The notes beneath the pieces are model-generated. The model was not told the DNA's origin. It did no database searches and worked only from the letters and a program-made list of their open reading frames with translations. A stretch of DNA of 45,193 bases from Candidatus Saccharimonadota bacterium (lineage in GTDB: Bacteria > Patescibacteriota > Saccharimonadia > CAILAD01 > BJGX01). The DNA lies in the NCBI GenBank assembly GCA_037133995.1, contig JBAXNA010000002.1:1-45193 (forward strand). The letters run 5' to 3'. Every line of letters begins with the position of its first letter. The stretch's first letter is position 1. This document shows, one piece after another, positions 9,565-18,582 of the stretch. Both the position numbers and the translations under genes were made by a program.

Positions 9565-10678
9565 TTGGGCTACCTTTCAGGGTCTCGTCTACTACTTCAG
9601 AAAAATTCTTAGCAAAGCTTGATGTAGAAAAACTTTGTGCTGACAATTCTATTTTATGAGTATCAAAACTAGTCTTCTCAAGTTTTTTAATAGCACCATC
9701 TAGACTTTCGGCTGTAGGCTTGTCAAAAAATAGGCCATTTTTTGAATTAATTGTCTCAGTAAGACCACCGCCATTAAGAGCTACCACGGGTGTACCCACG
9801 CTCAGTGCTTCTACGGGAGTAATTCCAAAGTCTTCTATAGACACAAATACTAGAGCTTTAGCACCTGCGAGCAGCTGCCATTTTTGCTCATCATTCACTC
9901 GACCCTTAAGGGTAATGTTTTTGAATTCTCTAGCCAGACTAGCTAGTCTGGCGCTATCTGGGCCATCACCGGCAATAATGAGTTTATGACCATTTTTAGA
10001 AAAAGCATCAATCGCTAGGTCAATATTTTTATATTGGCTCAATACAGAAAGCACCAGGTAATAGTCTTTAGCGCCCTTTTCCTTAGTAGCTACCGTATCT
10101 ACAGGTGGGTAAACTAGCTGACTATCTCGGCCATAATATTTTTTTATTCTCTTACCAATGTATTTACTAATTGCTACAAACTCATCTACGCCGCCGCTGT
10201 GGTAGTAATCCCATAGTCTTATTTTAGATACTTTTTTGGTAATAAAAAATTTACTAATCGGGCCAATCTTTAACGGACCTATTTTTTGGCTATCTAAATA
10301 CTCAGGCCAGCTGTCCCAAATCATTCTGGCTGGGCTAAAACAATAGCAGATATGTTTTGTATTTATGGGAACAGTAATATTTTTTACCCAAGCACTAGAT
10401 ACTGAGATTACCAGATCGTAGCCCTCAAAACTCATGGCATCTACCGCGCCACTAATAAACGGCAAGAGCAGATTTGGGTTTTTTTTCATAAAACCAGGAA
10501 ATTTTTGTAGTCTACTAGTCACTACTTTATGTCCGCGAGTAATATTTGAAAATTTCTTTGAGTTGTATATTAGACAGTGCAGGTCTGCGCTGGGGTATAT
10601 TTTAAGTATTTGTTCTAGAGTAGCCTCACCGCCACCACTTTTGATATTTAGCCAGTCATAAGCTATAGCAATTTTCAT
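9554..10678 (-). CDS. GT4-family (GT-B fold) glycosyltransferase
   Basis: C-terminal EDFGITPVEAL (E-x7-E) motif, 374 aa. Confidence 0.8.
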   Translation of the reverse strand: MKIAIAYDWLNIKSGGGEATLEQILKIYPSADLHCLIYNSKKFSNITRGHKVVTSRLQKFPGFMKKNPNLLLPFISGAVDAMSFEGYDLVISVSSAWVKNITVPINTKHICYCFSPARMIWDSWPEYLDSQKIGPLKIGPISKFFITKKVSKIRLWDYYHSGGVDEFVAISKYIGKRIKKYYGRDSQLVYPPVDTVATKEKGAKDYYLVLSVLSQYKNIDLAIDAFSKNGHKLIIAGDGPDSARLASLAREFKNITLKGRVNDEQKWQLLAGAKALVFVSIEDFGITPVEALSVGTPVVALNGGGLTETINSKNGLFFDKPTAESLDGAIKKLEKTSFDTHKIELSAQSFSTSSFAKNFSEVVDETLKGSPNAK

Positions 10679-11952
10679 TTCGTAATCCTGGCCTTCTGGA
10701 TACCTAAAAGACCGAAAAGCAAAATACTTAGAGTGCTATCGGCCAGGGTGTGTAAGAAAAGACTACTTATCGCTAGCCCACCAATTATTGCAAATAAGCA
10801 GGCTGATATTATTGAGTCGGCAGAGTTAGCTTGAGAAGAAACGTACAGTTTAGAGGCAATCAGTGCAATAAATGCAATGTACAGGCCCAGACCAACAAGG
10901 CCAATCTCAATAGCTATTTGTAAGTACCAGTTCTCTGTGATTAGGGGTCTGCTACCAAAAAAACTAGCAGGGCCAGCACTACCTAGGCCTTGGCCGGCAG
11001 GATTGGCTAGCGCTGAATCAAGACCAGTCTTTTGTGAAGTGAGCCTCTGAAAGTCTGACCCTGTAAGAGTTCCGCTAGAGCAGTCGCCGTGTAGCAAAAG
11101 TGTATTTATAGTGCTGAATTGGCTGCATATATTTACTTGGCTTACAAAAATAATTCCACTCAGACCAATAATTATAGCTGATGCAAGAACAGCTAGCTGA
11201 ATTTTTTTATTGAAACAAATTAGTACGGCTACAAGACAGCCAGCTACGGCACCTAGCCAGGCACTTCTAGAAAATGTCATGTACAAGGGCCAGCAGAAGC
11301 CTACAAAGCCAATAAGCCACAGCCAGTTTTTCTGTCTTAATGCTAGAGTAAGGCAAAGTATTAGCGGTATCAGTAAGTATGCCCCTAGCTGATTGGGGCC
11401 ACCTAGAGTAGAAAAAACTCGCACCATAGCCTGAGAGGCCTCTATATATTGGCCAGCCTCTATTGAGCTAGTGCCGTAGCCAATGCGGGTAAGTATTGCC
11501 GGGATGAAGATTAAGGGTTGAAGAATTGCTATTACGCCAACAAGTGCTGCTGGAATTAAAATAATTCGTTCCAGCTTATCCCTGCCGAACTGTTTTGCCA
11601 CGGTCTGAGTAGATAAAAATAAAAACAGCACAACAAGATTAGTTTTGATGCCCGCCAAAAGAGCCGAGGCTTGAGGGCGAGCAAAGGCTGAGACTATTAG
11701 ACTTAGAGCTATGATACCAATTGCCAAAATATTGACTCTATCAAAAGCAAAAATAGTCTTATCTCGCAAATAAGCCACAAATCCAAGTACTACTATTACT
11801 GCGATAAGTAGCTCTTTCCAAATCTGTAAAACAGGCTTAAAGTCTATTTGTGAACCCACAATAGTCACGAAAGCCGCATGAAAAGGCACTAGAACAAAAA
11901 GAGCCGATAATAGTATAGCTATAATTTTAAGCTGGTTATTTTTAGTAGTCAT
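10675..11952 (-). CDS. O-antigen ligase/polymerase-like (Wzy_C-type) polytopic membrane protein
   Basis: About 10-12 predicted TM helices with a central loop, sitting in a GT operon. The family call is by architecture only. Confidence 0.6.
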   Translation of the reverse strand: MTTKNNQLKIIAILLSALFVLVPFHAAFVTIVGSQIDFKPVLQIWKELLIAVIVVLGFVAYLRDKTIFAFDRVNILAIGIIALSLIVSAFARPQASALLAGIKTNLVVLFLFLSTQTVAKQFGRDKLERIILIPAALVGVIAILQPLIFIPAILTRIGYGTSSIEAGQYIEASQAMVRVFSTLGGPNQLGAYLLIPLILCLTLALRQKNWLWLIGFVGFCWPLYMTFSRSAWLGAVAGCLVAVLICFNKKIQLAVLASAIIIGLSGIIFVSQVNICSQFSTINTLLLHGDCSSGTLTGSDFQRLTSQKTGLDSALANPAGQGLGSAGPASFFGSRPLITENWYLQIAIEIGLVGLGLYIAFIALIASKLYVSSQANSADSIISACLFAIIGGLAISSLFLHTLADSTLSILLFGLLGIQKARITK

Positions 11953-11955
11953 AAT

Positions 11956-12963
11956 CTAGCGGTTAGATATCACCGAGCGCATATAGTCATCGAGATTTTC
12001 AAGAGCTATACCAGTACCTTTTGCAACGCATAGCAGGGGCTCCTCTGCTACGTAGCTAGGCACTCCAGTGACTTTAGTCATAAGTTTGTCAATATTTCTT
12101 AGCAAGCTACCGCCACCAGTCATAATCATTCCTCTATCAATAATATCGCTAGAAAGTTCGGGCGGAGTCTGCTCAAGCACTGCCTTAACAGCAAGAATAA
12201 TGTCATCTAGTCTTTCACTTATGGCCTCTGTCACGTCTGTTGAGTTGAGCTCGATTGTTTTAGGAAGCCCGGCTACAACGTCTCGACCGCGAATTTGCAT
12301 TTTCATAGGCTTATCAAGAGGTAGGGCTGAGCCAATTTCTTTTTTGATATCTTCGGCGGTACGAGCACCAATGACCAGGCCGTATTTTTTACGAATAAAA
12401 TCTGATATTGCTATATCAATTTTTCCACCTGCCACTCTAACGCTGTGCTGGGCGACAATCCCACCAAGGCTAATAATAGCCACCTCGGTAGTTCCTTCAC
12501 CGATATCAACAATAAGATTACCCGCCGGGGCAGCAATTGGCACGTTAGCTCCAATAGCGGCTGCAACAGGGGCTCTTACTATATATACGCGCTTAGCACC
12601 TGCACTCATAGCCGCATCTATCACAGCTCGCCTCTCTGTTGAGGTGATACCGGTTGGTACGCTTATCATTAGCTCAGGTCTACGCAGCCGAATACGACCT
12701 GCAATATTGTTTATGAGGTATTTGAGTAGTGCCTGAGTAATGCGGTAGTCTGCAATAACACCATCTTTGTAGGGCCGTGAGGCCATAATAATGTCTGGAG
12801 TTCGCCCTAGCATCTCTCTAGCTTCATTACCTATCGCCACAATTCTGTTGTCGTCTACACTCACAGCAACAACTGAAGGCTCATTGGCAACAATGCCCTT
12901 TTTGGGCAAATACACTCTTGTGTTGGCGGTACCGAGATCTATGGCAATTCTTTTTGATAGCAT
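11956..12963 (-). CDS. mreB: Rod-shape-determining actin homologue MreB
   Basis: IDLGTANT, DIGEGTTEVA and MTGGGSLL actin-fold phosphate and adenosine motifs, 335 aa. Confidence 0.95.
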   Translation of the reverse strand: MLSKRIAIDLGTANTRVYLPKKGIVANEPSVVAVSVDDNRIVAIGNEAREMLGRTPDIIMASRPYKDGVIADYRITQALLKYLINNIAGRIRLRRPELMISVPTGITSTERRAVIDAAMSAGAKRVYIVRAPVAAAIGANVPIAAPAGNLIVDIGEGTTEVAIISLGGIVAQHSVRVAGGKIDIAISDFIRKKYGLVIGARTAEDIKKEIGSALPLDKPMKMQIRGRDVVAGLPKTIELNSTDVTEAISERLDDIILAVKAVLEQTPPELSSDIIDRGMIMTGGGSLLRNIDKLMTKVTGVPSYVAEEPLLCVAKGTGIALENLDDYMRSVISNR

Positions 12964-12969
12964 TTTACT

Positions 12970-12978
12970 ATTTTAGCA
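12970..12978 (-). promoter_or_regulatory. Extended -10 (TGCTAAAAT) 6 nt upstream of the mreB ATG; candidate leaderless promoter
   Basis: The reverse complement of 12964..12978 reads TGCTAAAATagtaaa followed by ATG. No SD is present. Confidence 0.4.
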
Positions 12979-13068
12979 AATCTTTAGGCTACATGCCAAA
13001 GCTGCGCTTAACAAATTGACCATATAGAAGTATAATATGAGCAAATAAAGTATAATAAGTATAAGTAT

Positions 13069-14487
13069 ATGATAAAAAAAATCAAAAAAACTAAATCGTT
13101 ATTTCTACCACTCGTCGCCATAATATTTGTTATTGGTGGCACTATTTTGCTTGTGGCCTTTGCTCAAGGCTATACATTTGACCCAGCTAGCCGCAAGATA
13201 AGCACTACCGGACTTGTTCTTATTGATTCTAGTCCAAATGACGCCTTTATAACTCTAAACAATAAGTCCCTGAACAAAAAAACGCCTTATCGGTATGCAG
13301 GCTTGCCAGCTGGAGACATCACAATAGGTCTAAAAAAAGATCAGTATCGCAGCTGGTTTTCTAAGCAGAAAGTCGTTGCCGGTGAGGTAACTTTTGCAAA
13401 TTATGCCTTACTTCTTCCTGAAGTCTTATACCAAGAGTCAGTTGCTGCAGCTGGCGAGTATTCACAAGTATTACAGTCTAGCAGCCTTAACAGAACCCTA
13501 GCGCTATCTAAAGACAGCCTAACTATCTATTCGCTAAATAATGACGGTGAAAATAAGCTTTTATACAGACCGGTTGTGCCTGGCGAAGCCACAAAAGTAG
13601 TAGTTGGGCTAGAGAAACTACAAGTTTCTGCAAATGGCGAGAGAGCTTTATTTACGCAAGTACTGGCAGGTGGCGAGCGCCAGAGTATATTTTTACATAC
13701 CGGTGATGGCAAGTTTGACAATCTAACAGCAGAGTACGGGTTTGTTTTTTCAGACCTTAGATTTAGTCCCGCTGATTCAAATGAGCTATTTTGGTTAGAT
13801 GCTGGAGTACTTAAGAAAATTAAAGTTTCTGAAAAAAGTATATCTTCAAATCTAATGAGCTCTGTGGCCTCGCTTGCTGTGACAGGCGACCGACTTCTTG
13901 TTGTAGCCCAGCCAGACATTAGTCAAGCTAGCCTAGTTGCGACAGCCCAAGTCCAAAAGCTTTCAAGCTATAGCTTTTCTGGCACTGATGAAAAAGAAAT
14001 CGCTAAAGTTACTGCAGACACTGTGGGCTATCAAATGGGCTATATCAAATCTCGCTATAACGACTATGTTTCAGTAATTCATTCGGGTAGCGGGCTGCTT
14101 GAGCTTATACGCGACCCCTACGCAGATGGTGGCCAGTCAAAGACCAGTCGTTATGATGGCGTCAAGCAAATATTTGTTAGCCCAAACTCAAGATTCGTAG
14201 TTTTAGACCAGCTAGACACAATGCACACGCTAGATCTTGAGTATGACCGCCAGTATGATTCACAGGCATCAACCGTAAAATTACAAAGCTTGGCTTGGCT
14301 GGATAGCTACCATTTAGTGCTTTTGCAAGACAGCCAGCTAAGACTTGTTGACTTTGATGGTCAAAATAACCAGCTGCTAACTCCAATTAATGACGTTTCA
14401 TCGGCATCTATTAGTCCTGGCAGTAAAACACTAATGCCACTTAATTCTGCAGGCGAGCTATTTAAACTCTGGCTAGTTAAAAAGTAG
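13069..14487 (+). CDS. PEGA-domain membrane-anchored protein with a probable beta-propeller-like C-terminal region
   Basis: N-terminal TM segment and a PEGA-like segment (LIDSSPNDAFITLNNKSLNKKTPYRYAGLPAGDITIGLKKDQY). Confidence 0.65.
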   Translation: MIKKIKKTKSLFLPLVAIIFVIGGTILLVAFAQGYTFDPASRKISTTGLVLIDSSPNDAFITLNNKSLNKKTPYRYAGLPAGDITIGLKKDQYRSWFSKQKVVAGEVTFANYALLLPEVLYQESVAAAGEYSQVLQSSSLNRTLALSKDSLTIYSLNNDGENKLLYRPVVPGEATKVVVGLEKLQVSANGERALFTQVLAGGERQSIFLHTGDGKFDNLTAEYGFVFSDLRFSPADSNELFWLDAGVLKKIKVSEKSISSNLMSSVASLAVTGDRLLVVAQPDISQASLVATAQVQKLSSYSFSGTDEKEIAKVTADTVGYQMGYIKSRYNDYVSVIHSGSGLLELIRDPYADGGQSKTSRYDGVKQIFVSPNSRFVVLDQLDTMHTLDLEYDRQYDSQASTVKLQSLAWLDSYHLVLLQDSQLRLVDFDGQNNQLLTPINDVSSASISPGSKTLMPLNSAGELFKLWLVKK

Positions 14488-15646
14488 TTGGCATTTTTAT
14501 CTGACTACTTACTTCTGGTAGTCTATTTACGGGGTCATTAGAGGGGTTTTCATCTGAAGGTTTTAGTTCATTTGGTCTGCCAAGCAGTGAATTCACCAAA
14601 GCCTGAAAGCCAATTACTAATTGCTCAAAAATTGATGGTGCCGCACTTGGTAAGACGGTTTTTCCTGAAGGGATATCCCCTGCAGTATTATTTGCGAGCT
14701 TTGTAGCCGCTACGTTAGAAGAAGGTAGTATTTGGCGAGCTTTAACAATAAACCTTCTCCAGCTAGTTCCTGGCGGTGTACAGGTAATAAGTGTTGAGTA
14801 CGGGGTGTCTGTTTGGGCGAGTACTGTAAGGTCGTTAGCTTCTACTATCTTTGTGGACTCTACTTTATAGACGTACTTGCGAGATTGATAGTGTATCGCG
14901 TATTCATCGCCAGGCGCTAGTTTTTCAAGCAGTACAAATACAAATTTATAATTACCTTTTTCCCAAATATCATTACTAGAATGACCAAAAAATACTGCAT
15001 TACCATTGTCTCCAGGATTGGCTGTGCCGGCGTAATGCACCACCCCATCCTGCAAGGCCCGCAAGACATCTTGCTCTTTTAAAGAATCAGTAAATACTAG
15101 TGGTGCAGAAACATTGATCTTTGGTATTATTATTAGATTTTCAGTACCCACGACCTCTGCTTGGGCGGCAATAGGATTTGGCTCTACTGGTTCAGGAATT
15201 ACAGCTGACTGATTGGCTGGTTTGGGAGTGATTCGGTATATAACCTGACTATAGATAAACTGAAAATTGAATAGTAATATAAAAAAACAGAAACTAACAA
15301 ACGCAAATCTAAAAGTTTTGAAATGTTTAGTTTTACGAAGCTTAGTAAGCTTTGCTTTGGCATTAGCCTGCTTATCTGGCGGCAAAGTCTGACTGTGACC
15401 AGCAGTCTTTGGTGAAAGATTGATCTTAGCATGTACGTGGTGAGCTTTTGGTGGCTGAAGATGCACTGGCTGAGCACTGGCTTCGGCTGGCTTAGTCACC
15501 TCTTTCGCGTGGTGAGAAGCAGTTTGGCTATTGGGGTTGTGAAAACGTGGTATCGAATCTAGACTGAAGTTGCCAGCAGAGTTTGGCTGGTGACTATGAT
15601 TGTTTTGAGGTATTTGATATGATGAATCAGGTTTTTTGGGGGGCAT
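14477..15646 (-). CDS. Sortase (transpeptidase) with a long His/Pro-rich N-terminal extension
   Basis: Catalytic TLITCTP motif, an upstream His (FFGHSS), a downstream Arg (WRRFIVKA) and a TM anchor (FAFVSFCFFILLFNF). Confidence 0.85.
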   Translation of the reverse strand: MPPKKPDSSYQIPQNNHSHQPNSAGNFSLDSIPRFHNPNSQTASHHAKEVTKPAEASAQPVHLQPPKAHHVHAKINLSPKTAGHSQTLPPDKQANAKAKLTKLRKTKHFKTFRFAFVSFCFFILLFNFQFIYSQVIYRITPKPANQSAVIPEPVEPNPIAAQAEVVGTENLIIIPKINVSAPLVFTDSLKEQDVLRALQDGVVHYAGTANPGDNGNAVFFGHSSNDIWEKGNYKFVFVLLEKLAPGDEYAIHYQSRKYVYKVESTKIVEANDLTVLAQTDTPYSTLITCTPPGTSWRRFIVKARQILPSSNVAATKLANNTAGDIPSGKTVLPSAAPSIFEQLVIGFQALVNSLLGRPNELKPSDENPSNDPVNRLPEVSSQIKMPTTF

Positions 15647-15723
15647 AATTGGTTTTTTAGACTTATATTTATTATAATACAGATAGATACCAAAATGTCA
15701 CATTAGTTATGTTCAAATTTTAA

Positions 15724-15808
15724 GCCGCTGTGGTGGAATTGGTAGACACGCACGACTCAAAATCGTGTGCCTTACAGCATGTCGGTTCGATTCCGACCAG
15801 CGGCACCA
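15724..15808 (+). tRNA. tRNA-Leu (anticodon CAA), long variable arm, CCA encoded
   Basis: The acceptor stem GCCGCTG pairs with CAGCGGC. The anticodon stem-loop is CACGA-CTCAAAA-TCGTG and the T-arm is GTCGG-TTCGATT-CCGAC. The 3' end is ACCA. Confidence 0.9.
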
Positions 15809-15817
15809 TATTGTTTT

Positions 15818-16678
15818 TTATGCTCCCAGGGCTTTTCGTAGGCTGTCTGGGAGTTTTGTATTTGGCGCAATTATTGATCGCAATAGCCAGCTAGCAGTTA
15901 CTACCCTTTCTAAAATATCTGAGCTAGGGTTTGGGGTATCGCTAAGTAGACTGGCCAGTAGTGCTGTCAACAGTAGGTCTACTCTACTACTGGTGTGTTC
16001 GCTATAGTTTGATATCACGGCCCTAGCTGGCTCATGGTGACTAATTGCCAGCAATTGTTGTTGCTCAACGCAGACCACTAGAGAGTTTAGGGCTGTTGAT
16101 ATTTCGGCAATCAAGCTAAGTTTTTGAGCTACTCCAGCGTCTTTTGGCATAGCACTGTTCACACCAATATGCTTTGCTAAGGTTGTGAGGTGGCGCATGT
16201 CACAGACATATGTATCGTCGCTCCGGCCAGAAAAAATATCAGCAGAAGTTTTGCTGATATCTATTGATTCATTTGTAAATATAATTGGTGCTGTACGAAA
16301 CTTTACGAGCTTTTCTATAAAAAGCTGAAATTGAGCTGATATTTCTAGATCCATTCCGGCGACAACATAGCCACACTCAGATAGCATCTCAAAAGCTTGA
16401 TCTGTATTAGTGAAACCAAAACTTTGATTTTTGCCACTTTCTAAAAAAATATCTGCAGAAAAAATATGTTGCTTTAGAGCTGACTCAGCCACTAGAATGG
16501 CGTCATGATTGAGGGTGGTTATTATTTGGTGCACATCGCTTATTGTCTTGAGCCTGACGTGCCTACCCGCAAGCAAGCCGATTTTGCGGGCGTGCAAACG
16601 GCTTATAGGGCGCTCAAATAGTATTTTTGAGACAATATCGCCTTGCTCACCGTCACGAAGAATATCTAGTTTTTGCAT
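15818..16678 (-). CDS. Hypothetical protein (286 aa)
   Basis: Long ORF with no confident motif. Confidence 0.55.
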   Translation of the reverse strand: MQKLDILRDGEQGDIVSKILFERPISRLHARKIGLLAGRHVRLKTISDVHQIITTLNHDAILVAESALKQHIFSADIFLESGKNQSFGFTNTDQAFEMLSECGYVVAGMDLEISAQFQLFIEKLVKFRTAPIIFTNESIDISKTSADIFSGRSDDTYVCDMRHLTTLAKHIGVNSAMPKDAGVAQKLSLIAEISTALNSLVVCVEQQQLLAISHHEPARAVISNYSEHTSSRVDLLLTALLASLLSDTPNPSSDILERVVTASWLLRSIIAPNTKLPDSLRKALGA

Positions 16679-16684
16679 AGCTAT

Positions 16685-16690
16685 AGTATA
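16685..16690 (-). promoter_or_regulatory. -10 box (TATACT) 6 nt upstream of the ATG at 16678; candidate leaderless promoter
   Basis: The reverse complement of 16679..16690 reads TATACTatagct followed by ATG. No SD is present. Confidence 0.35.
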
Positions 16691-16716
16691 GGCCTTATGA
16701 TTAAGTAAATAAAATT

Positions 16717-17100
16717 TTAGTTGAGTACTGATTTTAGTTTGGCGGGCAATACTGAAGAAATATTTCTAAAAGATTTATCACTAGAAACAATCTTGATGGC
16801 CGTAAAGTAGGCTCTAAGTCTGTTTTCTGCTTCAACATCATCTGTTAGATTTTGCATGATCTTGATTCTCTGTATCAAGGCCATGTGCTGGTAGGGTCTA
16901 TTCCAGTCAAACATTTTAGAATAAAAACGAGATTTCTTTGGCTCTAGGTAGTCTGGAGCGTACACAAAAAACAGCTTACTTTGATCTTCACTTAGAGTTA
17001 GCTGCAGGCCTTCGCTTATTTCCTCTGCTACTCGTCTGGCTTGTTCATTGTTATTAAGATTTGCATATTGCTTTATAAGGGCAACAAAATGTTCTGGCAT
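16717..17100 (-). CDS. Hypothetical protein (127 aa)
   Basis: The ATG at 17100 is preceded by ggag. The longer ORF reaching 17133 lacks an RBS. Confidence 0.5.
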   Translation of the reverse strand: MPEHFVALIKQYANLNNNEQARRVAEEISEGLQLTLSEDQSKLFFVYAPDYLEPKKSRFYSKMFDWNRPYQHMALIQRIKIMQNLTDDVEAENRLRAYFTAIKIVSSDKSFRNISSVLPAKLKSVLN

Positions 17101-17187
17101 AGAAACTCCGTAAAATATACAGTATTCTAACATAAATAAGTGATAATGTCTATATTATTGAGGCAAACAGTTGGCTTATTTCTGGTA

Positions 17188-17397
17188 CTATTTTAGAGCC
17201 GATTTAATTGTTGCTATCTTGTTTTCTGCAGTCTTGAGGTAGTCTGATATTTGCTGAGCCAGTAAGCTGCCGCGCTCGTATTTTTGCATTGCAATGTCAA
17301 TTTTTACATCTTCACCTTCCAGATAGTCGGTGATATCTTGAAGCTCAAGCATGGCTTTTGTAAAATCTAATTCTTCTGTTTTTATGCCTTTGGCCAT
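17188..17397 (-). CDS. xseB: Exodeoxyribonuclease VII small subunit
   Basis: 69-aa helical protein (FTKAMLELQDITDYLEG...) immediately downstream of xseA. Confidence 0.85.
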   Translation of the reverse strand: MAKGIKTEELDFTKAMLELQDITDYLEGEDVKIDIAMQKYERGSLLAQQISDYLKTAENKIATIKSALK

Positions 17398-17409
17398 AGC
17401 TTGTACTTT

Positions 17410-18582
17410 CTATTTAGGGTCAATTTCTATAATTTTTGCGGTTAGCTTTCCTTGTGCTAATTGTACCATAATATTATCATTATTTTTAAGAGTCGAAGTT
17501 CTACTCACGCTACGGCCTTCATAGCTCACTACGGCATAGCCTCTGTCTAAAACAGACTGGGGGCTGAGACTAGTGAGCTTTTGAGATAAGACTGCAAATT
17601 CAGAATGGCTACTATTTATTGCTGTGCTTATTGCTGAATTGAGTCGGTATTGCTTAGAGGATAGGTCAGATACTGCAGAATCAATGACAAATTTCAGAGA
17701 ATTGTGAAATCTAGTAAGCTTGTCTGATTCACGCTGAAGTATTTTTAGAGTAAGCTCAGATTGTAAAGAGATGCTGGCTTCAAGCTGACTAATTACAGAT
17801 TTTTTATCTGGCACCAAAAGTCTTGCTGCATCTGTTGGGGTGGCTGCCCGAAGGTCTGCCACAAGCTCGGCAAGGCTTATGTCGTCTTCATGACCTATGG
17901 CAACTAGTGTGGCAATTTCTGATGAATAAATAGCTCGTGCTACGGGCTCAGTCTGAAAAGCCTGCAAGTCTTCTGCGCTACCACCTCCCCGAATAATGAC
18001 TAGGGCGTCATAGTCTGCTGCCTGCAAGTTAAAGTATTCTATAGCTTCTACAATCTGTTGCGGTGCAGAGCTACCCTGAACTTGAACCTGCAAATGATCA
18101 ACCACCACTCCGCCCCAGCGATCTTGCAAAATAGTCACGAAGTCGTTGAATGCCGCCGCTTGCTTAGAGGTAACTAGAGCCACTTTTTTGGGGTATTGTG
18201 GTAGCTGTCTTTTACGGTCAAGGGCAAAAAGTCCTTCTTTTTCGAGCTTTAGTTTGAGTAGCTCAAAAGCTTTCTTAACACTGCCCTCACCCGCCAGCTC
18301 AACAGATTTAACAGTCAGAGAAAACTTGCCCCAGGTGGTAAGCTTGGGCTGAGCCACCACCCTTACCAGCATGCCGTCTTCTAGCGGCGTGTTGAGCTGG
18401 TATATCGACATAAAACAGCCAAGTGTGGTTTGGCTATCTTTGATATCAAAAAAAACCCACTTACCTTGGCTGATCTTAAAACTAGACACTTCTCCCTCTA
18501 CTACAACGCTTGGGTAGGCGTATTCTAGGGTTTGGTTGATATAGTCACTTAGCTCACTTACAGATAATATTTGGTCGTTCAT
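17410..18582 (-). CDS. xseA: Exodeoxyribonuclease VII large subunit
   Basis: N-terminal OB-fold region and the IIRGGGSAEDLQAF motif, 390 aa. Confidence 0.9.
   Translation of the reverse strand: MNDQILSVSELSDYINQTLEYAYPSVVVEGEVSSFKISQGKWVFFDIKDSQTTLGCFMSIYQLNTPLEDGMLVRVVAQPKLTTWGKFSLTVKSVELAGEGSVKKAFELLKLKLEKEGLFALDRKRQLPQYPKKVALVTSKQAAAFNDFVTILQDRWGGVVVDHLQVQVQGSSAPQQIVEAIEYFNLQAADYDALVIIRGGGSAEDLQAFQTEPVARAIYSSEIATLVAIGHEDDISLAELVADLRAATPTDAARLLVPDKKSVISQLEASISLQSELTLKILQRESDKLTRFHNSLKFVIDSAVSDLSSKQYRLNSAISTAINSSHSEFAVLSQKLTSLSPQSVLDRGYAVVSYEGRSVSRTSTLKNNDNIMVQLAQGKLTAKIIEIDPK

Noticed and set aside
12068-12736. 222-aa plus-strand ORF antisense to mreB, and similar antisense ORFs at 4434..4775, 13527..13919, 21505..21843, 23437..23799, 27592..27975 and 38559..38927
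   Set aside because: These are shadow ORFs lying opposite well-supported conserved genes. Their composition is Ser/Leu/Ile-rich and low-complexity, and they have no RBS.
15818-16678. Assignment of the 286-aa protein to the YjeF_C / carbohydrate-kinase-like family
   Set aside because: There is only a vague resemblance in length and alternating beta/alpha pattern. The diagnostic Gly-rich and GD-x-L-x-G motifs are not present, so it is left as hypothetical.
15724-16700. tRNA-Leu as an integration site for a mobile element
   Set aside because: No integrase, no recombinase and no duplicated tRNA 3' end were seen nearby. The flanking genes look like ordinary chromosomal genes.
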